Source: Desulfosoma sp. (GTDB lineage: Bacteria; Desulfobacterota; Syntrophobacteria; Syntrophobacterales; DSM-9756). Taken from it: a DNA stretch of 64,000 nucleotides. Under the pieces are notes generated by a model that saw nothing but the letters and a program-made list of their open reading frames with translations, made no database searches and was not told where the DNA came from. Location of the stretch: positions 64,001 through 128,000 of the forward strand of contig JBBFKW010000006.1 of assembly GCA_037481835.1 (NCBI GenBank), read 5' to 3'. The translations under genes and the position numbers were made by a program. Position 1 is the stretch's first letter, and the number at the start of each line of letters is the position of its first letter. Positions 37,619 to 49,311 of the stretch are shown here, piece by piece.

Positions 37619-38509
37619 ATGGGTCGATACCGAGCTTTGATCCCTCTTGTTTTGGCGCTGGTGGTCGCCGTTTTGGGAAGTTACGCCATCTACCAGTGGC
37701 TGCGACAGCGGCCGCCCACCGTCGTGGAATCCACCCGGGCGGACACCCAGAAGGTGGCCGTGGCCGCCGCGGACCTCCCCTGGGGCACCAAGCTCACCCC
37801 GGAAATGATCAAGACGGTGCCTTACCTCAAGTCCAGCGTCCCCAAGGGTTCTTTCAGCGAACCCAAGGAGTTGGCGGGCCGCGTGCTCGTGCAGCCCGTC
37901 AAGGAAAGCGAACCCATCCTGGAATCGCGACTCGCCCCGACGAGCATCCAGACGGGCGGCATTTCGGCCGTGCTCAGCGCAGGCAAGCGGGCCATCGCCG
38001 TCCACGGGGACAAGGTCGTGGGCCTGGCCGGGCTCATCGCCCCCGGGAACCGCGTGGACGTCCTGGTCACGGTCAAGGACCCCGACCTGGAGATGGAAAC
38101 GACCAAGATCGTCCTGGAGAACGTGCCCGTGCTGGCCGCCGGGTCCAAGCTGGAAAAGGGCAAAGACGGGGAAGCCCATCCCGTGGACGTCTACACCCTG
38201 GAAGTGACCCCGGAAGAAGGGGAACGGCTGGCCCTGGCGTCCACCCAGGGAAAACTCCAGTTCGCCCTGCGCAACGTCACGGACCAGGACACGGTGCTCA
38301 CGGATGGGGCGACGCTTCCCGAGGTCCTGGCGGCTTTTCGGCCGGAAACCTCACAGCGCAGGCAGGCGGGCATGACGGACAAGGAAATCCTGGAAGCCCA
38401 GGCCATGCTGGAACGGCAGGCGGCGTCCATGGGCCACAGGCGCGGAAGCGGCCGCAGCATCGTCTTCATCCGCGGAACGGACGTGACCACCGTGGAGGCG
38501 GGCCGATGA
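37619..38509 (+). CDS. cpaB: Flp pilus assembly protein CpaB/RcpC
   Basis: N-terminal TM, SAF domain, GLIAPGNRVDV, LENVPVLA. Confidence 0.92.
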   Translation: MGRYRALIPLVLALVVAVLGSYAIYQWLRQRPPTVVESTRADTQKVAVAAADLPWGTKLTPEMIKTVPYLKSSVPKGSFSEPKELAGRVLVQPVKESEPILESRLAPTSIQTGGISAVLSAGKRAIAVHGDKVVGLAGLIAPGNRVDVLVTVKDPDLEMETTKIVLENVPVLAAGSKLEKGKDGEAHPVDVYTLEVTPEEGERLALASTQGKLQFALRNVTDQDTVLTDGATLPEVLAAFRPETSQRRQAGMTDKEILEAQAMLERQAASMGHRRGSGRSIVFIRGTDVTTVEAGR

Positions 38510-38547
38510 ACGGACGGAGCACAAGGCAGACAAGGGAGGGGTTAAGC

Positions 38548-39153
38548 ATGAGAGCAGCGGCGCTGGCGGTGGTGGTGGCGGCGGTCCTCGCAGGGTGTGC
38601 GCCCGTTCCGAGGCCCGCCGGGCATGAGTTGAGCTACCAGAGGAAGATGCAATCCGCCCGGCATTGGGAACAGCTGGCCCGGGAGGTGGCCGTGGAGGTT
38701 CAAAAGACGCTGCCGGTCCAGGGGGTGAGCGGTATCCAGCAGATCACCGTCTCCGCCGACGATCGCTCCGACTTCGGCATCGCCTTCCGCCAATTTCTCA
38801 TGACGCGGCTTCGGGACGCGGGCTACTGGGTGACCGACGATGCGGCCAACCCCACGGTCCTGCGCTGGCGCACCCAGAAGGTGGTCCACGAAGGGGACCG
38901 GCCCTGCGCCATGAACCTCCCCTACCTCGTGGGGAGCCTCCTCACCCTGGGCATGGACTACGGCGGATCGCTCCCCCGCTCGGAAATCATCCTCACCGTG
39001 GAACTCAAACGGTCCTCGGCGGTTTTGTGGAACCGATCGGCCGTCTTCTACGTGAACTGCGAAGACATGAACCATTACGGGTCCCAAGGGCCTGAGGTGG
39101 CCGGGGCGCCCGCGCAGGCGCTCGGCCGCACTTACGGCGTCGTGGGCCGCTGA
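38548..39153 (+). CDS. Hypothetical lipoprotein
   Basis: GGAGG RBS; lipobox VLAGC; QRKMQSARHW motif. Confidence 0.75.
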   Translation: MRAAALAVVVAAVLAGCAPVPRPAGHELSYQRKMQSARHWEQLAREVAVEVQKTLPVQGVSGIQQITVSADDRSDFGIAFRQFLMTRLRDAGYWVTDDAANPTVLRWRTQKVVHEGDRPCAMNLPYLVGSLLTLGMDYGGSLPRSEIILTVELKRSSAVLWNRSAVFYVNCEDMNHYGSQGPEVAGAPAQALGRTYGVVGR

Positions 39154-39169
39154 TCCTTGGAGGAGGGAC

Positions 39170-39742
39170 ATGGAGATGAGGCGCTTGTCTGTGCTGTGTG
39201 TCGTGCTGGGGATCGCGGTCGCCGCGGCGGGCTGCGCATGTCAGCGTCCCTGCGGGACGTCGGTCGGGGCTTTCGGGCCGGTGGAGGCCGGCGGCAACGT
39301 GGTTTCGGCCGCCTACCGGATCGCCGACGCCATGGCGGGAAACCTTCGCGACCCGGTCGGGCCCGACCGGACGATTCTCGTGGCCACCTTCGTGGACGTG
39401 AACGATCTCACCAAATCCTCCCCCTTCGGCCGCATCTTCGGGGAACACGTGGCGTCCCGGCTGGCCCAGAAGGGCTACCGCGTCATGGAACTCAAGCTTC
39501 GCCAGAACTCCATCTTCATGGAAAACACCAAGGGCGAGTTCCTCCTCAGCCGGGATGTGAAGGACGTGAGCACCACGCATAACGCGTGGGCCGTCGTCGT
39601 GGGGACCTACGCGGCGAGTTCCGACCGGGCGTACGTGTCGGCCCGCATGGTGCGCGCCGCCGACGGCGTGGTCATCGGCGCCTCCGACGGCGCGGTGCTC
39701 ATGAGCCCGAGGGCCCTTGCCGCCATGATTCCGTGGGAGTGA
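39170..39742 (+). CDS. FlgO-family outer membrane lipoprotein
   Basis: AAAGC lipobox; ILVATFVDVNDL, SPFGR, GEFLLSRD, VVVGTY. Confidence 0.75.
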   Translation: MEMRRLSVLCVVLGIAVAAAGCACQRPCGTSVGAFGPVEAGGNVVSAAYRIADAMAGNLRDPVGPDRTILVATFVDVNDLTKSSPFGRIFGEHVASRLAQKGYRVMELKLRQNSIFMENTKGEFLLSRDVKDVSTTHNAWAVVVGTYAASSDRAYVSARMVRAADGVVIGASDGAVLMSPRALAAMIPWE

Positions 39743-39794
39743 CGGCACGAGGCGGTGGTGCGGCCGCGTTTGCTCAGGGAAAGGACGAGAGGCC

Positions 39795-41315
39795 ATGGGA
39801 GAGCGCATGGAACGAAGAAGCGGCGGGGGGAACATGGGCTTGGGAAAGCTATGGCGCGGTCTCAGGGCCGCTTTGCATAAGGGCGGGATGGGTGCCGTCC
39901 CCATGGGGAGGCGCCGGGGATGGGTCGCCGTGTTGATGTGCGTCCTCGTGGTCGCGGGGGCTTCAGGGGCGGCGGGGGCGGCGGGCCCCGACCCCAACCC
40001 GGCCCCGTCGGGTCGGATCCGGCTCACCGCGGGCACTTCGGCCACCATCCCCATCCCCGAAAAGACCCTCATCGGCCGGATCGCCGTGGCGGCTCCGGAA
40101 GTCGCCGACATCCCCCATTACCCCGAGGGGACGTTTCCGCCCGAACGGCACGTGTACATCACCGGCAAAGCCCCGGGGCTCACCACCTTGACCCTGTGGG
40201 ACGACAAGGACCGGATCTTCAAGGTCTATGAAATCGAAGTCGTCCCCGACGTGTCCCGGCTCCAGGCGGTGCTCAAGCAGCTCATGCCCGACGAAAAGGG
40301 GGTGAAGGTGACGGCCGTCCATGACGCCGTGGTGCTCACGGGAACCGTGTCGGGGCCGGCCCGCATGAGCCAGATCCTGGAACTGGCCGCATCCTACGCG
40401 CCGGGCAACAAGGTCATCAACCTCACCCAGGTCTCCGGCGTCCACCAGGTCATGCTGGAGGTGCGGGTGGCCGAAATGTCCACGAGCCTCATGCGGCGGC
40501 TGGGGTTCAATTTTGAATACCTGCGGGGCACGGACTTCGTCATCAGCCGTATCGGGAGCCTCATTAATGTGGATGACCAGAGGATCACCTTTTCGGATTC
40601 GGTGAGCGCCCTCTTCCGGTTCAACAAGGGCAACGCCACCTGGACGGGCTTCATCGACGCTTTGAAGGAAGAAGGGCTGGTGACGATCCTCGCCGAACCC
40701 AACCTCATCGCCCTGAGCGGCCAGACGGCGGATTTTCTCGCCGGCGGGGAATACCCCGTCCCGGTGCCCGACGATGAAGGGGACATCACCATCGAGTATA
40801 AAAAATACGGCGTGAGCCTGGGCTTCACCCCCACGGTGCTCCAGGACGATCTCATCAGCATGCGGGTGTCCCCGGAAGTTTCCGAACTGGATTTCGGCAA
40901 CGCCTTGTTGCTGGGAGGCTACGTGGTGCCGGCCCTGACCACGAGGCGGGCGACCACCGTGGTGGAGCTGCGAAGCGGGGAAAGTTTCGCCATTGCAGGG
41001 CTCATCAAGCAGAACGTGCGGGAAGCCGTCTCCCGGTTCCCCCTGTTGGGGGACATCCCCATCCTGGGGGCGCTCTTTCGAAGCAGCAGCTTCCAGAAGC
41101 AGGAAAGCGAACTCGTCATCATCGTCACGCCCCACTTGGTGAAGCCCATGAAGAGCCTGGCGCGCCAGCCCCTTCCCGTGGACCGGTTCACGGAGCCGAG
41201 CATGACGGAGTTTTTCCTCTTTGGGTTGCTCCAGGGGCAGAAGGGGCCGGAATCGGCGGCCGTGGGGCGGCCTCGGGGGTTGTTTGACGGGCCCTTCGGG
41301 CATGTGGTGCCGTGA
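39795..41315 (+). CDS. cpaC: Tad secretin CpaC/RcpA (start may be later)
   Basis: QVMLEVRVAE, LAEPNLIALSGQTADFLAGGEYPVP, PLLGDIPILGALFRS. Confidence 0.93.
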   Translation: MGERMERRSGGGNMGLGKLWRGLRAALHKGGMGAVPMGRRRGWVAVLMCVLVVAGASGAAGAAGPDPNPAPSGRIRLTAGTSATIPIPEKTLIGRIAVAAPEVADIPHYPEGTFPPERHVYITGKAPGLTTLTLWDDKDRIFKVYEIEVVPDVSRLQAVLKQLMPDEKGVKVTAVHDAVVLTGTVSGPARMSQILELAASYAPGNKVINLTQVSGVHQVMLEVRVAEMSTSLMRRLGFNFEYLRGTDFVISRIGSLINVDDQRITFSDSVSALFRFNKGNATWTGFIDALKEEGLVTILAEPNLIALSGQTADFLAGGEYPVPVPDDEGDITIEYKKYGVSLGFTPTVLQDDLISMRVSPEVSELDFGNALLLGGYVVPALTTRRATTVVELRSGESFAIAGLIKQNVREAVSRFPLLGDIPILGALFRSSSFQKQESELVIIVTPHLVKPMKSLARQPLPVDRFTEPSMTEFFLFGLLQGQKGPESAAVGRPRGLFDGPFGHVVP

Positions 41316-41366
41316 GGGGGGGAGGCTTTCTTGACATGTTGGCTGATTGCCCCCTTGGCCCCTTAT

Positions 41367-41870
41367 CCCCCCCCCTCACCCCGGCCCTCTCCCCCAGAGG
41401 GGGAGAGGGAGGATTTAGTTTTCCCCAGAGGGGGAGAGGGAGGATTTAGTTTTCCCCGGAGGGGGAGAGGGGGGATTTAGTTTTCCCCGGAGGGGGAGAG
41501 GGGGGATTTAGTTTTCCCCAGAGGGGGAGAGGGGGGAGTGAATTTCCTTCGGACGGGGAGAGGGGGGAGGAACTCCCACGGAGGGGGCAGATGGGGGATG
41601 AACTCCTACGGAGGGGAAGAGGGGGTTAGGATTTGCCCGGAGGAGGGCGGCTTGACTGGGAGAGGCAGCGGTTGAATTTACCCGCGGGGCAGGAGGGACG
41701 CTCAGCCCCCCCTCACCCCGGCCCTCTCCCCCACAGGGGGAGAGGGGGCATTTAATTTTCCCCAGAGGGGGAGAGGGGGGATTTAGTTTTCCCCGGAGGG
41801 GATAAGGAGGATTTAGTTTTGCCCGGAGGGGGAGAGGGAGGGTTTAGTTTTCCCCGGAGGGGAGGGGCCC
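41367..41870 (+). repeat. Two BoxC-like heads, each followed by a decaying 31-bp array
   Basis: Unit CCCC(A/G)GAGGGGGAGAGGG(A/G)GGATTTAGTTTT; heads at about 41367 and 41706. Confidence 0.92.
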
Positions 41871-41880
41871 TGGGATAAAG

Positions 41881-41955
41881 CCCCATCACGGGCAGCCCGT
41901 GACAACGAAGGATGAAAGTTTCATGGTTGCGGTGTGTTACCGAGCCTTTCACATA
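41881..41955 (+). repeat. Third copy of the ~76-bp double-hairpin element
   Basis: CCCCATCACGGGCAGCCCGTGACAACGAAGGATGAAAG...CTTTCACATA. Confidence 0.85.
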
Positions 41956-42004
41956 AAGGTTAAAGAAGCGGCAGGGACGGACCGATGGATAGGGTGAGGA
42001 GAAG

Positions 42005-42295
42005 ATGATGGGACGGATGGCGGCTGTGGTGGTCGTGGTGGCGGTGATCCTGGGGGCGTGGGCGGGGTCGAGCCCGGCCGAACCCGGGGACAATCAGGCG
42101 GTGGGCCAACAGTTCGGGGATGCGGTGGCCGTGGCCAAGGCGGTGCAAATCGTGCGGCCGGAACAGCCCCGCAAGGAGACGGGCCCTCCGGGCATCGCAG
42201 GCAAGAACGCCGACGCCGCCATGGAAAAGTACTACGAGAGTTTCCGCAAAACCGCTCCGGCGCCGTCCACGGTGAACATTTCCATCGGTCGATGA
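42005..42295 (+). CDS. Small exported Tad-associated protein
   Basis: Signal peptide; FGDAV...QIVRP; lies between the secretin and cpaE. Confidence 0.7.
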   Translation: MMGRMAAVVVVVAVILGAWAGSSPAEPGDNQAVGQQFGDAVAVAKAVQIVRPEQPRKETGPPGIAGKNADAAMEKYYESFRKTAPAPSTVNISIGR

Positions 42296-42337
42296 GCGCC
42301 CCCTGACGGGCCGCGCCCGACAACATCGAGGATCCCC

Positions 42338-43486
42338 ATGGAAGCTGAGGTGATTTCCGTTCAGATCCAGGTGCAGAATCGAGAAGCCCGCCGGGTTTTG
42401 GAAGAGACGGTGGCGGCCACGGAAGGGTTCAAGCTCTACCGGGAAGGCCAGGCGGTCGCCACCGACGTGCTCATCATGGAAATCGGTCCAGAGCCCGATC
42501 GCGACTTCGATTTCATCCATACCCTCCTGGAGGCGGGAACGGTGGGCGCCGTCTTCCTCACCTCCGCCGAAACCGACCCGGCGCTCCTCATGCGGGCCAT
42601 CCGCGCAGGAGCCCGAGAGTTTTTCCCGCAGCCCATCGACCCTCAGGAGGTGCGCCAGTCGCTCCTGCGCTTCAAGGCCCAGCGCCAAAAGCTCATGAAC
42701 CACGGCCAGCGTCGCAAAGGCGTCATCCTGCACGTCATGGGCGCCAAGGGCGGTGTGGGGACGACCACCCTGGCCGTGAACCTGGCCACCATCCTCGCCC
42801 GCGGCGCCGAACCCAACGCGGTCGCGCTCATGGACATGAATTTCCTCTTCGGGGAGGCGGCCGTCTTCCTGGATGCGGAAACCACCTTTCACTGGGGGAA
42901 AATCACCAAGAACATCTCCCGGTTGGACGCCACGCTGCTCATGAGCGTCCTCACCCAGCATCCGTCCGGCGTGGCCCTGCTTCCGCCGCCGGCCCAGTTG
43001 GACGGCTACAGCGGCGTGACCCGTGACGTCCTCCGCCGGCTCCTCACCCTCATGCGCACCATGTTCGACTACATCGTCGTGGACGGCGGCCAGCTCGTCA
43101 ACGACGTCAACATGCAGATCCTGGAAATGGCCGACGAGATCCTCGTGGTGGCCATCCTGAGCCTGCCGTGCCTGGCCAATGTGCGGCGGCTCCTGAAACT
43201 TTTCCACGACACGGGGATCGAAGAAAGTCGCGTGAAAGTCGTCGTCAACCGATTCCTGAAAAACGCCGATATCAGTCTCGAGGACGCGGAAAAAAGTATC
43301 GGGAAACGGGTTTTCGCAACCGTGCCCAACGACTTCCGAACGACCACGACGGCCATCAACCGGGGAAAGCCCCTCATTGAACTCGCCCCCAAAAAACCCG
43401 TCACGGAAGCCGTGGTGAACCTCGCCGCGTCCCTGGCCCAGGTGGAACCGCCCAAGCGGCGGGGTTTTTTCGGATTTCGGTTTTGA
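42338..43486 (+). CDS. cpaE: CpaE/TadZ (receiver-like plus MinD-like ATPase)
   Basis: AIRAGAREF; GAKGGVGTTTLAVNLA. Confidence 0.92.
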   Translation: MEAEVISVQIQVQNREARRVLEETVAATEGFKLYREGQAVATDVLIMEIGPEPDRDFDFIHTLLEAGTVGAVFLTSAETDPALLMRAIRAGAREFFPQPIDPQEVRQSLLRFKAQRQKLMNHGQRRKGVILHVMGAKGGVGTTTLAVNLATILARGAEPNAVALMDMNFLFGEAAVFLDAETTFHWGKITKNISRLDATLLMSVLTQHPSGVALLPPPAQLDGYSGVTRDVLRRLLTLMRTMFDYIVVDGGQLVNDVNMQILEMADEILVVAILSLPCLANVRRLLKLFHDTGIEESRVKVVVNRFLKNADISLEDAEKSIGKRVFATVPNDFRTTTTAINRGKPLIELAPKKPVTEAVVNLAASLAQVEPPKRRGFFGFRF

Positions 43487-43516
43487 ATCGAAATGTTTTG
43501 AGAAAGGACACAACCC

Positions 43517-44860
<1,344 letters not shown>

Positions 44861-44891
44861 GGACAGGTTCTGTGCTTAAGGAATCGCCTTT

Positions 44892-45869
44892 ATGAGCACC
44901 TATGTGTACATCGGCGCGGCGGTCTTCGTGCTCGTCGTCGTCGTCATCGAACTGATCGCCTACGCCCTGGCCCTTTACAAGAACCCGGAACGGGGCCGGG
45001 TGCGCCGGCGCCTGAAGGTGGTGGCGATCGACGACGCGGATTCCACGGCTCCGGTGACGAGCTTGCTGAAAACCAGGGTGTTGAGCGAAATTCCGTGGCT
45101 CAACCGCATCCTCACCCGCATCCCGGGGCTGCAGAAACTGGACGCCCTCCTGGAGCAGGCGGACATCCGGCAACCCTTGGGGTTTTTCGTGCTCTTGACC
45201 TTCCTGTGCGCGGCCCTGGGCTTCCTCGTGGGGCTGCTCTTTTTCAAGGGGCGCCTTGTTCCGTGGCTTTTGGGCGGTTTGGCGCTGGTCGGGCCGTACC
45301 TTTACATCCTCATCAAGCGGGAACGGCGCATGGCCGCCTTCGAACGGCAGTTTCCCGACGCTTTGGACCTCATGGCCCGGGCCCTCAAGGCCGGCCATTC
45401 CCTGAACACGTCGTTCAAGCTCGTCGCCGACGAGTTCGACGAGCCCATCGGGCGGGAATTTGAAAAGGTCTTCGACGAGGTGAACTTCGGCGTGGGTTTG
45501 GCCGAAGCTTTGAATCGGCTGCGGGAGCGCATCATCAACCCCGATTTGGACTTTTTCGTGGTGGCCGTGGTGTTACAGCGGGAAACGGGCGGCAATCTCG
45601 CCGAAATCATCGAAAACATCGCCCGGCTCATCCGGGAGCGGTTCAAGCTCCGGGGGCAGATCAAGGCCCTGGCCGCCGAAGGGAAACTGTCGGCTCTGGT
45701 CCTGGTGCTTTTGCCCTTTTTCATGTTCCTGATCCTGCGCATCGTGAACCCCAAGTACGTGGGGCTCCTTTTTTCCGACCCCATTGGGCGGCCCATGGTC
45801 GCCGGCGCCTTGGTTCTCATGGTCCTGGGCGTCATTGTCATGAAGCGCATGATCGATATCCGCGTGTAG
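44892..45869 (+). CDS. tadB: TadB inner-membrane platform protein
   Basis: QFPDALDLMARALKAGHS; QRETGGNLAEI. Confidence 0.93.
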   Translation: MSTYVYIGAAVFVLVVVVIELIAYALALYKNPERGRVRRRLKVVAIDDADSTAPVTSLLKTRVLSEIPWLNRILTRIPGLQKLDALLEQADIRQPLGFFVLLTFLCAALGFLVGLLFFKGRLVPWLLGGLALVGPYLYILIKRERRMAAFERQFPDALDLMARALKAGHSLNTSFKLVADEFDEPIGREFEKVFDEVNFGVGLAEALNRLRERIINPDLDFFVVAVVLQRETGGNLAEIIENIARLIRERFKLRGQIKALAAEGKLSALVLVLLPFFMFLILRIVNPKYVGLLFSDPIGRPMVAGALVLMVLGVIVMKRMIDIRV

Positions 45870-45882
45870 CGAGGCCGGAGGC

Positions 45883-46863
45883 ATGCCCACGCCGAACGTT
45901 GAGGTTCTCCCATTGGTCGCCGCCGGCGCCGTCTTTCTTTTCGTCATCCTCGCCTACCTGGGTCTTTCCGCCCTGGCGGGCGCCCGGGCCGAACGCCGCC
46001 GTTTCATCGAAAAGGTGAAGGCGGGGTCGGGCTACGAGGACGAAGGGGATGAGGGCGAAGCGGAAATGCCTTCTCTCATGCGGGAACAGAAGGGCCTGGG
46101 GGCGGCGGTGGCCCGGCTCGGCGATGTGGTGGCGCCGTCGGCCCGCATGGACACCCCCACCCGGAGAAAGTTTCTCCAGGCCGGGTTTCGCAGCGAAACC
46201 GCCGTGGCCGTTTACTGGGGCATGAGGGTCCTGCTCGCGGTGGCCTTGTGCCTGGGGTTTCTCGCCCTTCGCGTGGCGGTCTTCAAGCTCATGCCTGCCG
46301 CATGGACGACGGTGATCGCCGTGCTCGCAGCGCTGGTCGGGTTCTATCTTCCGACGTTGTGGCTGGCGCTGCGCATCGCCTGGCGCCGGGAAAGGATCCA
46401 CCGGGGCCTTCCCGATGCGTTGGATCTCTTGGTGGTGTGCGTCGAAGCGGGCTTGGGCCTCGATGCCGCCCTGGCGCGGGTCGGGGACGAACTGGCCCTG
46501 ACCAACAAGGTCTTGAGCGACGAATTCAAGCTCTACGGGCTGGAACTGCGGGCGGGGAAACCCCGGCGGGAAGCGTTGAGGAACCTCAGTCTCCGAACGG
46601 ATCTTCCCGACATGAAGAGCCTCGTCACGCTCCTTATCCAGACGGACAAATTCGGGACGAGCGTGGCCCAAACTTTGAGGGTCTATGCGGATTCCATCCG
46701 CACCACGAGGCGGCAGAAGGCCGAGGAGATGGCGGCGAAGATCCCGGTGAAGCTCGTCTTCCCGCTGATACTTTTCATTCTGCCCGCTTTGTTCGTGGTC
46801 TTGGCGGGCCCGGCGGCTATCAGCATCTTCCGGGCCCTCATGCACGTTGCCGGCGGCCGCTGA
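45883..46863 (+). CDS. tadC: TadC inner-membrane platform protein
   Basis: LPDALDLLVVCVEAGLGLDAA; KLVFPLILFILP. Confidence 0.93.
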   Translation: MPTPNVEVLPLVAAGAVFLFVILAYLGLSALAGARAERRRFIEKVKAGSGYEDEGDEGEAEMPSLMREQKGLGAAVARLGDVVAPSARMDTPTRRKFLQAGFRSETAVAVYWGMRVLLAVALCLGFLALRVAVFKLMPAAWTTVIAVLAALVGFYLPTLWLALRIAWRRERIHRGLPDALDLLVVCVEAGLGLDAALARVGDELALTNKVLSDEFKLYGLELRAGKPRREALRNLSLRTDLPDMKSLVTLLIQTDKFGTSVAQTLRVYADSIRTTRRQKAEEMAAKIPVKLVFPLILFILPALFVVLAGPAAISIFRALMHVAGGR

Positions 46864-46919
46864 CGGAGGGCCCCGGCTCTGCAGGAGCCGGCATGCGGCC
46901 ACCGCCGCCGCCCCGCCGG

Positions 46920-47310
46920 TTTCCCCCCTCTCCCCCTTGAGGGGGTGGAGATCAAGCTTTCCCCTCTCCCCCTTAGCGGAGAGGCCATCGCTTTTCCCCT
47001 CTCCCCCTTGATGGAGAGGAGATCATCGTTTTTGCCCTCTTCCCCTCGAGGGGGTGGAGATCAAGCTTTCCCCTCTCCCCCTTTTGGGGAAGAGGCCATC
47101 GTTTTTTCCCCTCTCCCCCTTTAGGGGGAGAAATCAAGCTTTCCCCTCTCCCCCTTTAGGGGGAGAGGGCAGGGTGAGGGGGCAAGATCCTAAATTTTCC
47201 CCCTCTCCCTGGGGGGACGAGACCTTACTTCTTGCTCTCCCCCTTGATGGGGAAGAGGCCATCGTTTTTCCCCTCTCCCCCTTTAGGGGGAGAGGGCAGG
47301 GTGAGGGGGT
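46920..47310 (-). repeat. Two reverse BoxC-like heads with ~33-bp arrays
   Basis: Heads at about 47143 and 47270; units like CCCCTCTCCCCTT...GAGATCAAGCTTT. Confidence 0.88.
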
Positions 47311-47517
47311 GAACCACCCATGCCGTATTTTCCACCGACCATATCCCCGACGGGCGCCCCGCCCCGCCGCCGTGCGCCCATGGGATGCACGGCCCCCGCA
47401 GCGCTCAGCACCGCGCCGTTCCCGGTCCGATCTCCCGATCCGCGGGCGTCCCGTCTCCACACCGCGCCGGCCCAGGCCTTGCTGTCCCGCCTCGGCCTCA
47501 TCCCCCGCCGGTCGGGA

Positions 47518-48627
47518 ATGCTCCTTTTTTCCCTGGCGTTGGCCGCCCTGCTCTCCGGCTGCGCCACATCCGGAAACCCTCTCGCGCGCCGCTCCGAGGG
47601 CCTTGCGGCATACAAGGAGATCGTCGCCTACCACCAGAAAAAGAGCCAGGCCGAAGCCCAACCCGTCAAATCCGAAGAGGTGGATCACGAACGGTTGGGC
47701 GACGTCTATTTCGCCCAGGGCAACCTGGACCTGGCCTTCCTCCATTACGACAAGGTGCTTCGGGCTCACCCGGAAAGATTGGACATCCGCTGCAAGAAGG
47801 GCCTGGTCTATTACGCCCGCGGACTCCACCAGGAGGCGCTGGCGGAATTCCAGGAAGTCCTGAAGGCACAGCCCGACCATGGGCTGGCCAACGAAGGGGC
47901 GGGCCAGGTTTACCTCAAACTGCAAAACCATGACGCCGCCGAACGGCACCTCAAGGCGGCTCTGGCCGCCGACCCCAAGTTGTGGAAAAGCCACATGCTC
48001 CTGGGAATCCTGGCCAATCTGAAAAACCGCCCCAAGGAGGCCGCGGAATCCTTCAAGGAGGCCCTGGCCCTGAACCCCACGGCCCATTTCATCCACAACA
48101 ACTTGGGGGTCGCCTACATGCTGGCGGGCGATTACGACAAGGCGACGGCGGAGTTTCGAAAGGCTCTGGTGGATGAAGGATCCCAGAAGACCGCCCTGAA
48201 CAACATGGGCATCGCCCTGTTCCGCTTGGGGCGCCGTGCGGAAGCCCTGGACGCTTTCATTGCGGCGGGAACGGAAGCTTCCGGGTACAACAACCTGGGC
48301 GTCCTTTTCTGGGAAGAGGGCAACGTGGAAGAAGCCGTGCACTGCTTTGAAAAGGCCGTGGAACTGGATCCGGGATCCTTCACCAAGGCGGGGACCAACC
48401 TGCGCACCGCCCGGCTGCAGCTGAACCCGGCGGCGCCTTCCGCGGCGGAACCGCCGGAGACGCCCGCGCCCGCCGCCTCGGGAAAAGCCAAGGCGGCGCC
48501 CAGGGCCCGCTCCAGGGTCGAAGCCGCGGGCCCCGTCATCCGGCCCGTCCATATCGAAGAAAAGCCCCTGCCGCAGCCCGCAGCGGGCGTTTCGGTGCAG
48601 GAGCCATCCCGGGGCTCTTCGGACTAA
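47518..48627 (+). CDS. TPR lipoprotein (TadD-like); start uncertain
   Basis: LLSGC lipobox; repeated NNLG TPR motifs. Confidence 0.85.
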   Translation: MLLFSLALAALLSGCATSGNPLARRSEGLAAYKEIVAYHQKKSQAEAQPVKSEEVDHERLGDVYFAQGNLDLAFLHYDKVLRAHPERLDIRCKKGLVYYARGLHQEALAEFQEVLKAQPDHGLANEGAGQVYLKLQNHDAAERHLKAALAADPKLWKSHMLLGILANLKNRPKEAAESFKEALALNPTAHFIHNNLGVAYMLAGDYDKATAEFRKALVDEGSQKTALNNMGIALFRLGRRAEALDAFIAAGTEASGYNNLGVLFWEEGNVEEAVHCFEKAVELDPGSFTKAGTNLRTARLQLNPAAPSAAEPPETPAPAASGKAKAAPRARSRVEAAGPVIRPVHIEEKPLPQPAAGVSVQEPSRGSSD

Positions 48628-48762
48628 CCCCGGCGGCAGGCGCCGCCTTGCCGCCTCCCGGCGCCGGACGGGGCCTACCCGAGAGCCATGATCGTTCGGG
48701 GGAAAGACTCGGGTGAGGCGGCACCGGCCTCACCTGAAAAGGCAACGTCACAGGCATCGCTC

Positions 48763-48800
48763 CCTCTTCCCCTTTGGGGGAGAGGGCTGGGGTGAGGAGG
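48763..48800 (-). repeat. Solo BoxC-like repeat abutting the tadE start
   Basis: CCCTCTTCCCCTTTGGGGGAGAGGGCTGGGGTGAGGAGG. Confidence 0.85.
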
Positions 48801-48808
48801 TCAAAGAC

Positions 48809-49297
48809 ATGGAACGGCAGCCCAGGTTCATCACCATGAAACCCGGCCCCGCTTTCCTTCGCCGCCGCGACGGCGCCTCAGCCGTGGAATTCGCCATCGT
48901 GCTTCCGCTTCTGCTCATTCTCGTTTTTGGGATCATCGAATTCAGCATCGCCCTCTACGACAAGGCGGTCATCACCAACGCCAGCCGGGAAGGCGCCCGC
49001 GCCGGCATCTTATGGGACATCAACCCTAGAACTCTGCAGAGCATCACGAATATTGTCACCGCGCGGGTCAATGACTACTGCTCAGGACGGTTGATCACCT
49101 TCGGGTCCAGCAATACGGCGACGATTCAAGTCAGCATCGATCAAACGGCAGGCGGCGACCCTTCGAAAATCGACTCCGGGGATCTTCTGACGGTGACCGT
49201 CGACTACAATTACGGCTTCCTTGTCATTCCCAATTTCATCACCTCTATCACCGGCCCGCTGCAGCTTAGGGCGACAACAATTATGCGGCTGGAATGA
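48809..49297 (+). CDS. tadE: TadE-like pseudopilin
   Basis: RDG/ASAVEFAIVLP; ASREGARAG. Confidence 0.9.
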   Translation: MERQPRFITMKPGPAFLRRRDGASAVEFAIVLPLLLILVFGIIEFSIALYDKAVITNASREGARAGILWDINPRTLQSITNIVTARVNDYCSGRLITFGSSNTATIQVSIDQTAGGDPSKIDSGDLLTVTVDYNYGFLVIPNFITSITGPLQLRATTIMRLE

Positions 49298-49311
49298 GGG
49301 GGGAGGTTCCC

